Shown here in pieces: positions 54,873 through 64,000 of a stretch of 64,000 nucleotides of DNA. Below the pieces are notes generated by a model. It made no database searches. It was not told where the DNA came from and saw nothing but the letters and a program-made list of their open reading frames with translations. The stretch comes from a virus. The stretch spans positions 1 through 64,000 of IMG/VR virus record IMGVR_UViG_3300002460_000003. One strand, given 5' to 3'. The position numbers and the translations under genes are program-made. Position 1 is the stretch's first letter, and each line of letters starts with the position of its first letter.

Positions 54873-57056
54873 TTAAAGTTTGCAGCTTTCGCAAGCCTCT
54901 TCCTCTTCTTCAGCACCAAGAAGCTCTTGGATGCCACCGCCATTGTAATCACGAGTATTCATGTAGTATTGGGTTTTGTTGCCAAGCTTAGCCTGAGCAA
55001 CCCATTCTTTCATAAGTTCACTGAGTGGCTTCTTCTCATCCTCATATTTACTTGGGTCAAAGTAGTAATCTGCACTAATAGCCTGATCTGAGAAATCTTG
55101 AACTCGGGAATAATACTTTGCTAGCGTTGTGTTGTCAACATCCCAAGCCAGTAGATTACCTTTCGACCACTCTTTACATATATATTGAATAACACCTTTA
55201 CGGGACTTCTTATTAATTACAGGTTGACGAATCGGGTATAAACTGTTTGGTGCATCACAGAACAAAGCACTTGACTCAGTAGGCATGTGAGCTACCAGCA
55301 CTGAATGCTTACGCCCTTTACCCCTCAGCGATTCCCAATCAAGTACAGGAATATAACCCTTGTTGAATCTTGTGTCCATAGGGAGCCAATCTTTCTTAAT
55401 ACCTTCTACAACATAGCCACTCTCTTTACTCAATTGCTGTGAAGCTTTCAGTAAATAGAAGTAGTGATATTCTGCAAGCTTGCTTACGAAGTTGAAAGAC
55501 TCTTCACTACCATCATAATCCAATCCATTCTTATACAAAGCAGATGCAAGCCCTGTGATACCAATACCCGCACTTCGTCGTTTCATAATGCTGGCTTTCA
55601 TAGAGTTTGTCATCATTGGTGCTTTGTCAATCATCTTATCTACAGCTTTCAGGGCAACACTTGCAATATGTTCATATTCGGCAAATGCAACCTTAGCAGC
55701 ATTGATGGCGGCCAGTGTACAAAAAGCTGTCTCTCCGCTGGACTGCTCTGCATAAAGGTCTTGCATATCTTTATAAGACTTTGTTACTAGACAAATTTCT
55801 TGGCACAAGTTAGACAGACGAACTATATCGATAAAAGGTGTATGTTCATTTACACGAGTGACGTTAATTGAGTAGACGCGACCAGTCTCATTACGTGCAA
55901 TCAATACACTCTTCAACAAGTCTCGTGCTTTAAGTTTCTTAAACTTCTTACCACAGGCGATGGCTTTATTTACAACTTCATTATATTCAACAGCTTTCAA
56001 GACATAGAAAGCATCGTGAGCTTCTGGGGCTTCAACTAGGTCAAACAAATACCAGTCTTCATTGTTAATTACAGCCTGTAAAAAAGCATCATTGTAAGCA
56101 AAACTATAGTCCATCTTATCCAGACGGGTTTCAATATCCACTCGCTGAGTCTTCCACATTACAATGCTTTCAACTTCAGGATCAATACACTTAAACGTTA
56201 CTGTTGCACTACCACCGCGAGAGACTTGAGTAAACATCTTAACTGCTTTATCAAGTGTAGCGTAGATGCTATGTTTACCAAGATGCTCTACAGCACCACC
56301 CTTTACAGGGGAACCCTTAGAGCGTGTGTCAAACTCAATACCAATACCAGCTTTCTTTGCTGTCATCTTATAGGCAATGTGTTCTGCAACACCAATACTG
56401 TCTACGGTATCTCCGCCTGTAATAATGCAGCAACTAATGGTGTCAAAGTCCCCTGTACGGATACCATTGAGTGCGGGTGTAGGGAGATTTACTTTACCCT
56501 CAATCAAAGCTTTAGCTAGATCAAAAGCATCCTTAGAGTCCCCATGTAATCCTAGTCCAATACCAAGACAACCAATATGAGGAGTCTCTACAGGTACACC
56601 ACCTTTACGAATAGCATACTTATCCCCCCATTGAACAATCTGCCAGTATTCTAGATGATTCTGATAAACCTCTTTGTACCAACCCTCCCATACTGCGTTA
56701 TATTGTGGCATTGTCTCCTTATCCCACACACCATTTTTAATCATGGCATTGTAGATAGTTTCAAAGCTATCCTGATCACTCACTCCAAGTAACCGCTCCA
56801 TATTCTTTCGCAGGCTGGCCTGTTCTAGACGTGCTGCAATACGAGAGTAACCAATCTCTTCCTTGTCCAAACAAACATTAATCATTGTCTGGTGAATATC
56901 CGATGCTTTAGCTGTCTCTGGTAGACGTTTGTAAGTTGAGAGTGCAATCTCCGACCAGTCCCCTCCAGTCTTGGTTGCATATTGTGCCCACTTATTAAGC
57001 TTCTCTGCTCGAAACTCTTCAATACTCCCATCGTATTTGATCACATTTTTTAACAA
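54873..57056 (-). CDS. nrdA: ribonucleotide reductase class Ia alpha subunit
   Basis: ATP-cone-like N-terminus, PTP, SCC, SNLCQEI, MPTESS, KTQYY, CESC. Confidence 0.95.
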   Translation of the reverse strand: MLKNVIKYDGSIEEFRAEKLNKWAQYATKTGGDWSEIALSTYKRLPETAKASDIHQTMINVCLDKEEIGYSRIAARLEQASLRKNMERLLGVSDQDSFETIYNAMIKNGVWDKETMPQYNAVWEGWYKEVYQNHLEYWQIVQWGDKYAIRKGGVPVETPHIGCLGIGLGLHGDSKDAFDLAKALIEGKVNLPTPALNGIRTGDFDTISCCIITGGDTVDSIGVAEHIAYKMTAKKAGIGIEFDTRSKGSPVKGGAVEHLGKHSIYATLDKAVKMFTQVSRGGSATVTFKCIDPEVESIVMWKTQRVDIETRLDKMDYSFAYNDAFLQAVINNEDWYLFDLVEAPEAHDAFYVLKAVEYNEVVNKAIACGKKFKKLKARDLLKSVLIARNETGRVYSINVTRVNEHTPFIDIVRLSNLCQEICLVTKSYKDMQDLYAEQSSGETAFCTLAAINAAKVAFAEYEHIASVALKAVDKMIDKAPMMTNSMKASIMKRRSAGIGITGLASALYKNGLDYDGSEESFNFVSKLAEYHYFYLLKASQQLSKESGYVVEGIKKDWLPMDTRFNKGYIPVLDWESLRGKGRKHSVLVAHMPTESSALFCDAPNSLYPIRQPVINKKSRKGVIQYICKEWSKGNLLAWDVDNTTLAKYYSRVQDFSDQAISADYYFDPSKYEDEKKPLSELMKEWVAQAKLGNKTQYYMNTRDYNGGGIQELLGAEEEEEACESCKL

Positions 57057-57074
57057 GTCCTACTCCTTATTTAC

Positions 57075-57476
57075 TCAGTTGTTTTTATTTCGTTCATTAT
57101 TAACAGCAGACTTACCAGCTTTCTCATCAACAAAGGCTTTATCAGCACTTCCTTGATTACCCATCATAATAAGTTCACTTCGTAGTTCAGGGTCACGGAT
57201 ACAAGCTACCTTACATTCCCATGACATATTACCAGACAACTCCCACTGACGATCAGTTCGCTCTACCCCGTTATACCGACCACCAAACCACGGTGTATTG
57301 TCTTTCTTTGTTAGTGGTCGATGGTTACATTCATCAATGTGGTAGGGTTGTTCAGTGTCTAGCCCAAGGGAATATAGAACAGCTTCTAGAGTTTTCTTAT
57401 CTTCATTCAGGATTGCTTTCTTAGCTACATCGTATTGCATTAGGTCATACAACGAGATTGATCGTGGTGTACTCAT
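57075..57476 (-). CDS. hypothetical protein
   Basis: AAGGAG SD. Confidence 0.75.
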   Translation of the reverse strand: MSTPRSISLYDLMQYDVAKKAILNEDKKTLEAVLYSLGLDTEQPYHIDECNHRPLTKKDNTPWFGGRYNGVERTDRQWELSGNMSWECKVACIRDPELRSELIMMGNQGSADKAFVDEKAGKSAVNNERNKNN

Positions 57477-57486
57477 ATGTTACTCC

Positions 57487-57705
57487 TTATTCATCATTAT
57501 TAAATTCTTCAATCGCTTCTCGTGGACTGTCGCCATTACAGTACATTTCCATAAACTCAGCAGCATTGTCGCAGAAGATGAGAAAGGCATCCTCTTTCTT
57601 AATGTTGAAGAAGCTGCGTTTCTTAATCAGGTTCATTAAGTCGTTGAGCCAGATATCAAGTGGATAATCAGCTAACTCTTTAAATGGGAAAGTTTGTTCT
57701 TTCAT
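57487..57705 (-). CDS. hypothetical protein
   Basis: GGAG SD. Confidence 0.65.
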   Translation of the reverse strand: MKEQTFPFKELADYPLDIWLNDLMNLIKKRSFFNIKKEDAFLIFCDNAAEFMEMYCNGDSPREAIEEFNNDE

Positions 57706-57706
57706 T

Positions 57707-58429
57707 TTAGTTCTCCTCTAGTAATGCTTTGTAACTAACAGGGAAAAGTTCTTTTACAATGTCAGCTACTTGTTCAGCCACAATTCTAGTTTCATATTGG
57801 GTATCTTTCTTTAAGCGTAGCTTGAGCATATCGCAGAACGCACCAAGTGTACCACTCCATACCCAAGTCGTCATCATTGATTGTGGCAATACCATGCGTG
57901 CTTCCTCTGCACAAACGCCTAAATCAAGTAGTGTATTGTATGTCTCTAGTGCTGCTTTGTTTACTTCTTCAGGACGATAGATGCAATTACCTTCAACGTT
58001 CTCAATATGATCAATTACACTAATATCCACAGCTTCTTCAGAACTACCTTGCTTTACATTCTCAGCAGCCTTACGCCATGACTCAGGTGTGTAGAACTCA
58101 GGGTCATCTTTTACATACCGACGACTAACTTCATTCCAAGGCATAAACTTATGCTTCACCAGTTGACGTGCTACAAACACTGGTGCTTTTACACGAACAC
58201 TGATAAAGCTGTGGTTGAATGGGCTGAAGTGCTTGTGTTTGGCAAGGTAATTAATAAGCTTTACATCTGAAACCTTGAGGTGCCCCTTTTCATCCCAACA
58301 AAGCCCACCCTCCTCATCATAGTAATCATGCTCCAGCTCACTCTGCTTATCAAAAGAAGTTCTTGCTGCATCAACCACCGAAAGATCGTCACCACAATGG
58401 TTAATATATTCCACTTTAATCTGACTCAT
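57707..58429 (-). CDS. thyX: FAD-dependent thymidylate synthase
   Basis: AAR.S, H.SPF.H, APVFVARQL.KH..NEVSRRY, ARMVLP, LR...TQ.E.R. Confidence 0.95.
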   Translation of the reverse strand: MSQIKVEYINHCGDDLSVVDAARTSFDKQSELEHDYYDEEGGLCWDEKGHLKVSDVKLINYLAKHKHFSPFNHSFISVRVKAPVFVARQLVKHKFMPWNEVSRRYVKDDPEFYTPESWRKAAENVKQGSSEEAVDISVIDHIENVEGNCIYRPEEVNKAALETYNTLLDLGVCAEEARMVLPQSMMTTWVWSGTLGAFCDMLKLRLKKDTQYETRIVAEQVADIVKELFPVSYKALLEEN

Positions 58430-58602
58430 TCTTCCTCTCCTTTATCTTCCAAATTCTTTTTGTATTCTAGCATCTCCAAGTGCTGTTGCCAAGTATCGGC
58501 TGCAAACACTTCTAGTTCATACATCATACCTGTAGCTTTAAAACTATTGAAGGTTTCCTCTGAATCAACCCAAAAGAAATATTTGTCACTTGGTAGTTTC
58601 AT
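58426..58602 (-). CDS. 58-aa hypothetical protein, not in ORF track
   Basis: MKLPSDKYFFWVDSEE..; 4-nt overlaps with both neighbours. Confidence 0.7.
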   Translation of the reverse strand: MKLPSDKYFFWVDSEETFNSFKATGMMYELEVFAADTWQQHLEMLEYKKNLEDKGEEE

Positions 58603-59078
58603 TTGTAAACCTCTGGAACAAACTTGCCAATATCCGGTGACTCATGATGCTTCAACTTCATTACCTTGTTATCTACATTACGTTTTACAGTGTAGTAAAG
58701 CTCTCCATCATACTGTACAGACTCAACATAACACTCTTCTCCTTTATCTGCAAGGCATTCCTTACTCTCAGCGGCATAAGTATAGCTTGTAGTGAACTTG
58801 CTATCATTGTTCTCACATACAGCGTCCCACGCTTTCTTAGTGTCTACTTCCCCAGCGATTAGCAAGTCTTCCATGTATTCATTAGTGTAGCGTACATCAA
58901 GGAATCCATCAAGTACAGCCTGCATGTTCTCTTCTTCACAAGCATCAAGAAGTTCTTTTGCCTCCTCATACACACGTTCTGCTTGATGCTTCAGTTGTTT
59001 CCAGTATTCATAATCAGCCCCCATGTGTGGTGCATTGCCGCTGATTACATTAAATTTAGTTACACGGTAGTTACTCAC
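58599..59078 (-). CDS. MazG-like NTP pyrophosphohydrolase
   Basis: EE.KEL..A..LDG.LD..Y..VC.NN.SK..KVMK. Confidence 0.8.
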   Translation of the reverse strand: MSNYRVTKFNVISGNAPHMGADYEYWKQLKHQAERVYEEAKELLDACEEENMQAVLDGFLDVRYTNEYMEDLLIAGEVDTKKAWDAVCENNDSKFTTSYTYAAESKECLADKGEECYVESVQYDGELYYTVKRNVDNKVMKLKHHESPDIGKFVPEVYK

Positions 59079-59356
59079 TGTTTCTCCTTCAGTTTAATTT
59101 CAAATTCATTAATAACATCCGACAACTCATTCACTTCTTTAGTCATACTATCGAAAATATCCTGCCTCTTTTCATTCAGGTATTCTAGATACTCACCACC
59201 CAACTCAAGCATTCGCGTTCGGTACTCTTCAATTGGTTCCTCCCAAATCTGTACACCTTGCCCATTCCACATTGTACCACGAGCAAACTTAGCCTCTTTA
59301 CTAAGCTTCTCTTTAATCTTAGAAATTGTCTCATGAATATCATCAAACTCAGACAT
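59075..59356 (-). CDS. hypothetical protein
   Basis: AGGAG SD. Confidence 0.7.
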   Translation of the reverse strand: MSEFDDIHETISKIKEKLSKEAKFARGTMWNGQGVQIWEEPIEEYRTRMLELGGEYLEYLNEKRQDIFDSMTKEVNELSDVINEFEIKLKEKQ

Positions 59357-59365
59357 ACTCCCTCC

Positions 59366-59914
59366 TTATAAATATCGACTACAAATCTTATTAACAACTT
59401 CATCATCCCAAACACCAAATGACATTTCAACTTCACACTGAACATCTTGTGTATATGGTGTATTAAACAGTATTCGCTTCTCTTTGTCAAACCCCTTTAA
59501 TTGACTCATACGATCATCAATCATTGCTACAACAGAGCCATTCATTCCCCACTTCTCTTTAGTGAGCATTACACCAGACTTAAAAGGAAACCACTCATCC
59601 AGCCAATAGTACTTAGTCTTGCTGTGCATTCCCTTGTGTTGGCTGATGAAGAAGATATCGAAGTGCTCAGAGAGCTTTTCAAGCGCTTCAACACTACCTT
59701 GTATCGGGGAAAACTGACTGTAATCAAGCGTTCTCCAGTAGTGCAATGGGTCAGCCACAGAGGGGAACAACTCACTTAAATTGTATGGTAATTCCCCGAC
59801 GATTTCTACTTCATTCTCAAATCCATTGTGGTATTGAAGGTACTGTATCCACCCCTCATCAGAGGGGCAAACACAGAGGTCAACATCGCACCCCAAGATG
59901 GGCTTAGTCACCAT
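59366..59914 (-). CDS. HAD-family 5'(3')-deoxyribonucleotidase
   Basis: DVD motif I, K..WL..FPF, MIDD. Confidence 0.8.
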   Translation of the reverse strand: MVTKPILGCDVDLCVCPSDEGWIQYLQYHNGFENEVEIVGELPYNLSELFPSVADPLHYWRTLDYSQFSPIQGSVEALEKLSEHFDIFFISQHKGMHSKTKYYWLDEWFPFKSGVMLTKEKWGMNGSVVAMIDDRMSQLKGFDKEKRILFNTPYTQDVQCEVEMSFGVWDDEVVNKICSRYL

Positions 59915-60392
59915 ACTGTAGTTCCAAGATCAGTTCAAGGTAGTGAATTGCCTTTTCAATATCAGCCTTACCATTCTTCAGCTTGTGGCGAGTTGTGTAT
60001 TTAATCACATTCCCTTGGAAGTAATCAAGACCGTTAGCTTGAATATACTCAACTGGTTGAATCTTACAACCTTTGTAATGGCCCCCACTCACTTGCTTGT
60101 CTAGTGCCGATAGTGGGTTGGTTGTGTAAACCTCAACACTGTCTTCTTTAGTATTCAGAAGGACTAGTGGGTTTGTACCAAAACTTTCAACACCAATATA
60201 ACCCTCTGCATTCCCGGGCTTACTAGTCCACAATCCAGAGTCGTAGGCTTTGATAGTCCAACCCGGTTCCCCATAGTATCCCTCATCAGTAAAAGAAATA
60301 AGTTCTACATATTTAGAACAATCCTGCTCTAATAAACCCCAACCAGTCTCTTTAATCAAAACAACATCACCAGATTTCAAATCACTATTCAT
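59904..60392 (-). CDS. DUF3310-domain protein
   Basis: QV.G.HY..IQP.E..GNVIKY..R..KNG..D..KA.HY. Confidence 0.85.
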   Translation of the reverse strand: MNSDLKSGDVVLIKETGWGLLEQDCSKYVELISFTDEGYYGEPGWTIKAYDSGLWTSKPGNAEGYIGVESFGTNPLVLLNTKEDSVEVYTTNPLSALDKQVSGGHYKGCKIQPVEYIQANGLDYFQGNVIKYTTRHKLKNGKADIEKAIHYLELILELQYGD

Positions 60393-60401
60393 ATTTACTC
60401 C

Positions 60402-61181
60402 TTACAAATATTTTTCTAATAGGTATTTAAGAGAAACAAAACAAGGATCATATTTACCCTCGCTCACTTGGTTCTTCATGACAACACCACGCCAGTGAGA
60501 CTTATTCCCTTGGCTTCCCATGTAACCTTCATCATGCATATAAAATGCACCAGCTACAAGCCCTTGTCGTGCCTCACCATCTGGTAGGAACTGAATACCG
60601 TATTGCAGCGTTTGTTGATGGCCCATGCTGAATGACCAACCCAAGTTCTTCAACTTAGCATCAATATTACCACCTACACAGTTTTTCAGCAAGCTATTTG
60701 GATTAACAAAGTAATGACTATACCGAATACCATCGATATTGACAATCTCTAGAAAATCATGACACTCCCAGCCTGCTTCAGCAAAGCCAAGGTCATCAAC
60801 TGAAATAAGACCTTCTAGTTTACGATCATTCTCAATAGCCCGCTCAATCCGCGCCTGGTCATGATTTCCGTAGCACATAACCATTCGTGGTTTATACTGC
60901 TTCTTACGGTTCAATGCTTGCCGCATGTTGTATTCTTTGAGTGGACCTAGTAAAACATCCATTGCTTTACGTGAAGATTCAATATCTTTCGTATACATAC
61001 GACCCTCGAAAGACTTCTTACCCACATCATAGGAACTTAAACTAGGCATATCTGCCCAATCGCCGATCATTACAATAACTTCTGGTTGTTTTTTAACGAT
61101 GTAATTTCCCAATGCTTCAAGATGCTGAAGTGGTACACCATCTTTTGCTTGTACATCTGGAATAAACAAATGTCGAGTCAA
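60402..61181 (-). CDS. metallophosphoesterase
   Basis: IPD.Q, IGDWAD, GNH, SHY, GH.Q. Confidence 0.88.
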   Translation of the reverse strand: MTRHLFIPDVQAKDGVPLQHLEALGNYIVKKQPEVIVMIGDWADMPSLSSYDVGKKSFEGRMYTKDIESSRKAMDVLLGPLKEYNMRQALNRKKQYKPRMVMCYGNHDQARIERAIENDRKLEGLISVDDLGFAEAGWECHDFLEIVNIDGIRYSHYFVNPNSLLKNCVGGNIDAKLKNLGWSFSMGHQQTLQYGIQFLPDGEARQGLVAGAFYMHDEGYMGSQGNKSHWRGVVMKNQVSEGKYDPCFVSLKYLLEKYL

Positions 61182-61182
61182 C

Positions 61183-61437
61183 TTATTCTCCTTTCAATTT
61201 AAGATATGATTCTAAACTCACATGACTAAACTCAACTAACGTAGCGTAAAGATTGTACTTCTCTGCCGCATTAAGAGTTTGAAAGCTATCAAGACTAGCA
61301 TCAAGCGTGCCAAGAAAGAACTCAAAGTGTGCTCTCAAACTCTGCTCACTGATATGTACATCACCAGATGATACTTTGTGTGGAGTGTTTTCTCTACTTG
61401 GGAATTGATATATATTGTCATCTTTATCAGTCATCAA
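61183..61437 (-). CDS. hypothetical protein
   Basis: GGAGG SD; NIYQFP. Confidence 0.7.
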   Translation of the reverse strand: MMTDKDDNIYQFPSRENTPHKVSSGDVHISEQSLRAHFEFFLGTLDASLDSFQTLNAAEKYNLYATLVEFSHVSLESYLKLKGE

Positions 61438-61534
61438 ATACCTCCAGTAATCTGAGTTAACCAGATATTGGCAAACACTCCCACTTGCACAAGAAGTGAG
61501 TAGTTGCTATAGCTCCAATAAAGCTCTTCACTAT

Positions 61535-61933
61535 TCATTTCTTTTTACCTCCAATATATTCAGTAGTTGGTGGTATTGGGAGATAAGTAGTAGAAACACA
61601 ATCTGCAAGCTTAGTATTCATACTATAAGGTGTACATTTAGGACAACCACACGACAATCCCATAGGCTTCATTCTATCTTCTGGTGGCAGTGAATCAAAT
61701 GCACAGGTGCTTGTAATAGAGCCACCTTTACCTAAGTTTCTATCTCCCCATAGAGGTTCAGTTTGCCAGTAACTGGGGTCAACTTGGATATGATATTTAT
61801 TCCTAAGTTGTGTATCAATATACCTGTTCACGATGAAAAGCTCTTTCTCAAGAGCATCAACTCTCTTCACTAAGGCATCCAAATCAATATCTGTCATTTG
61901 TCTCCTCCTTATAAAACTCAAGAGCCAATTCAT
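61535..61933 (-). CDS. hypothetical protein (start probably 61897)
   Basis: AGGAGG SD; SCGCPKC. Confidence 0.65.
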   Translation of the reverse strand: MNWLLSFIRRRQMTDIDLDALVKRVDALEKELFIVNRYIDTQLRNKYHIQVDPSYWQTEPLWGDRNLGKGGSITSTCAFDSLPPEDRMKPMGLSCGCPKCTPYSMNTKLADCVSTTYLPIPPTTEYIGGKKK

Positions 61934-62035
61934 CTAACTCTCTACCAAAAGCATTAACATCTGCTTCTAATTGCTTTAGTCTGTCTTCAAAGTCAAGCAT
62001 CTTTCGTGTTAGGATTTGGTAATCAATATCATCTA

Positions 62036-62251
62036 TCATTCTTCGTCCCTCAGAATCTTTAAACCCATCACTTTAGTGAAATCGGGAATCATATTCCCAT
62101 TATAGATTAATCGCCATGTACCGTCTGGTAGTTGATCAAGATGAATCATATTCTGTTTAGTTTTTACTGCTGTGGCTTTAGACAGCACAAGCACCTCACC
62201 AGTTCCCTCTAGCTCGATAGCTCGATAAGTGTCACCCTTCATTTTGCTCAT
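62036..62251 (-). CDS. hypothetical protein
   Basis: ORF in operon. Confidence 0.65.
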   Translation of the reverse strand: MSKMKGDTYRAIELEGTGEVLVLSKATAVKTKQNMIHLDQLPDGTWRLIYNGNMIPDFTKVMGLKILRDEE

Positions 62252-62774
62252 TCTTCAACACCTCTCTAATCAAATTACGTCGAGTTTCAGCATTCTTACT
62301 ATAACCTGAAATACCATTTTTAGCTAGGAATTTATCTTGATCTGATGCTTTTTGTTTACATAGGGCAATGACTTCACTTTCAATGATCGCATCAGCCAGT
62401 GGAATGTTCAGCTTCTGTGATAATGTAACGTGGGAATGGCATGTATGGCACAACTCCCTAATGTCATCAAACGTCACCCATAGAATCATTTTAGCCCATT
62501 CTGTGAATGTTTGCCAATCTTTAAATCCGTAACCGCCCTCCAAATGATCAACCTCGCAAGTGCGTGACTGTTGCCCACACATCTCACAGTCACTACACCA
62601 TACCTCTTTACCCTTCACACCAATAGGTGCTTTGTAACGTCTCTGTTGTTTGTAAGCAATTTTCACCGGATGGCGGGACCAGATGCGGCGGATTGAACCT
62701 CTTAGCCAATTGAAGTAGGCTTTCTCATCCTTCCAAGGTGAGTTTGGAATTTTCCATGGTTCTTTCATTCCCAT
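62232..62774 (-). CDS. HNH-family nuclease (conserved replication-module endonuclease)
   Basis: WLRG..RR.WS.HP.K, CEMC..EVDH..LC..CH. Confidence 0.8.
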   Translation of the reverse strand: MGMKEPWKIPNSPWKDEKAYFNWLRGSIRRIWSRHPVKIAYKQQRRYKAPIGVKGKEVWCSDCEMCGQQSRTCEVDHLEGGYGFKDWQTFTEWAKMILWVTFDDIRELCHTCHSHVTLSQKLNIPLADAIIESEVIALCKQKASDQDKFLAKNGISGYSKNAETRRNLIREVLKNEQNEG

Positions 62775-63103
62775 GCTGGTACGAACTTTTCTGTCTTCTG
62801 CTTCGTAACGTAATGAGCAGGGATGACTTGTTCAGGGACAAGCTCTTGATACTCTTCTACCTTGCAGTAGTCAACATCGTCCCACTCACAGCCCCAGTCA
62901 TCGCTCCATGTACCATTTAGGGTGACACAAACCCCTAGGAAATCAGAGGCATCAATATCATCATTCTTTAATTCCTCTACATCTGTTTGAGTGAATGTAT
63001 GGCTCACCCATGCATAGAATGACGAACCTTTACGGTGCTCTTTCTCAAACTCACCGGCCTCTGCCACATAGTCTTGCAACTGTTCTTTAGTAATTTTATT
63101 CAT
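62765..63103 (-). CDS. hypothetical acidic protein
   Basis: GGAGG SD. Confidence 0.7.
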   Translation of the reverse strand: MNKITKEQLQDYVAEAGEFEKEHRKGSSFYAWVSHTFTQTDVEELKNDDIDASDFLGVCVTLNGTWSDDWGCEWDDVDYCKVEEYQELVPEQVIPAHYVTKQKTEKFVPAWE

Positions 63104-64000
63104 AATCCACCTCCATAGCTTTTAAAAAATCACGAACATGACCAACATCTTTAGTAACATCTGTTCGCATCCTCAACAACCTAAACTGTTCGTTCAAATG
63201 GTCAAGCCAATTACGTTCGGATACATCACCCCTGAAAGATTTAAATGGTTGTTTCTCATCTCCGTAGAACGCTCTATAAGCCTCTACAACACGTTCAAAT
63301 ACTTCTTTAGGGCTTTGTGCATCTCCAACTAAAGCTCTTGCTGTCTTCTCTCCTAAACCCTTTCCTGAGCGCCTAATTGCATACTTCTTATGTAGTTCAT
63401 CAGTAAGCTTTGGTAAGCCCGGAATTGAGTCAATTGTATCTCCGCTGAGGTGCTGACTTGCCAAGTTCTTAATAGCTTCAAGTGGTGTTATCTCAACTAA
63501 TCCAAGTTCAGGTTTATCGAAGTTGTAGTGGATTTGTGGATATTGTCCTAAATCTTTATCACACCAAACCCCAACAACACTGAGCTTATCAAAGTCCCTC
63601 TTAGCTTTAATCCAACCTTTCCAAAGCTCCTGAGTTACAATCTCATCTGTCTCAACACCTTCTGCTATAACCATATGTGCTTTGTATTTAGTCAACATGT
63701 ATTCTTTGACAACATCATACAACAAAGGTTTACTTGGTCGTTCATTTTTATATGGTTGGGTCTGAGCAATATCATAACGGAAATTCTCACCAACACCAAA
63801 ACAAATCTTGAAGTCTTTACACCAAGGCTGGTTTGTGATTACCTCAATCTTAGATTTGAATCGCCCTTTAACAATTTGCTCTGGTGTTACAACAGCACCA
63901 CTATAGTTAGTAGTCCCTGTAAGCAAACGAACACCAGCAACAACTTCAAAAGCATCTGGTGAAACTTTATCCAATCCTTTCTCAATCTTTTTAGCATTCA
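63096..64000 (-). CDS. 5'-3' exonuclease (N-terminus beyond window)
   Basis: NFR..IA..PYK..R..KP, ETDE, DKDL.Q, GD..D.IPG. Confidence 0.85.
   Translation of the reverse strand, partial: NAKKIEKGLDKVSPDAFEVVAGVRLLTGTTNYSGAVVTPEQIVKGRFKSKIEVITNQPWCKDFKICFGVGENFRYDIAQTQPYKNERPSKPLLYDVVKEYMLTKYKAHMVIAEGVETDEIVTQELWKGWIKAKRDFDKLSVVGVWCDKDLGQYPQIHYNFDKPELGLVEITPLEAIKNLASQHLSGDTIDSIPGLPKLTDELHKKYAIRRSGKGLGEKTARALVGDAQSPKEVFERVVEAYRAFYGDEKQPFKSFRGDVSERNWLDHLNEQFRLLRMRTDVTKDVGHVRDFLKAMEVDYE

Noticed and set aside
53752-57056. Intron or intein in nrdA/nrdB, or an unusual RNR class
   Set aside because: Both ORFs are continuous, of normal length, with standard class Ia metal ligands and radical Tyr
1-64000. 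Alternative genetic code or stop-codon recoding
   Set aside because: Core genes are full length under the standard code, all three stops are used, and no suppressor tRNA is present

Overview
64 kb segment of a lytic contractile-tailed (myovirus) dsDNA phage genome. Gene order resembles PAK_P1/PaP1/phiPsa374-type Pseudomonas phages; this is an inference from synteny, not a database result. Layout: 0.5-20.4 kb, a minus-strand block of small early/hypothetical genes with HNH endonucleases, an HD alarmone-hydrolase-like gene, DNA ligase, dCMP deaminase, ClpP-like protease and PhoH. 20.4-22.8 kb, a divergent promoter/putative origin region followed by an RHH + Rep-like + Zn-finger cluster. 22.8-24.25 kb, an RNA-rich operon with anti-SD hairpins, two aberrant tRNA-like elements flanking a probable terS, an uncharacterised structured RNA, tRNA-Asn and tRNA-Thr. 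24.3-51.6 kb, the plus-strand virion and lysis module, including terL split by an ORF-less group I intron, a tail chaperone -1 frameshift and a baseplate gene with no canonical start codon. 51.7-64 kb, minus-strand nucleotide metabolism and nuclease genes (Rnl2, glutaredoxin, nrdAB, thyX, phosphatases, exonuclease). The best candidate for an undescribed system is the non-coding RNA operon at 22.8-24.1 kb. All structures were folded by eye and all homologies are from motif recognition.
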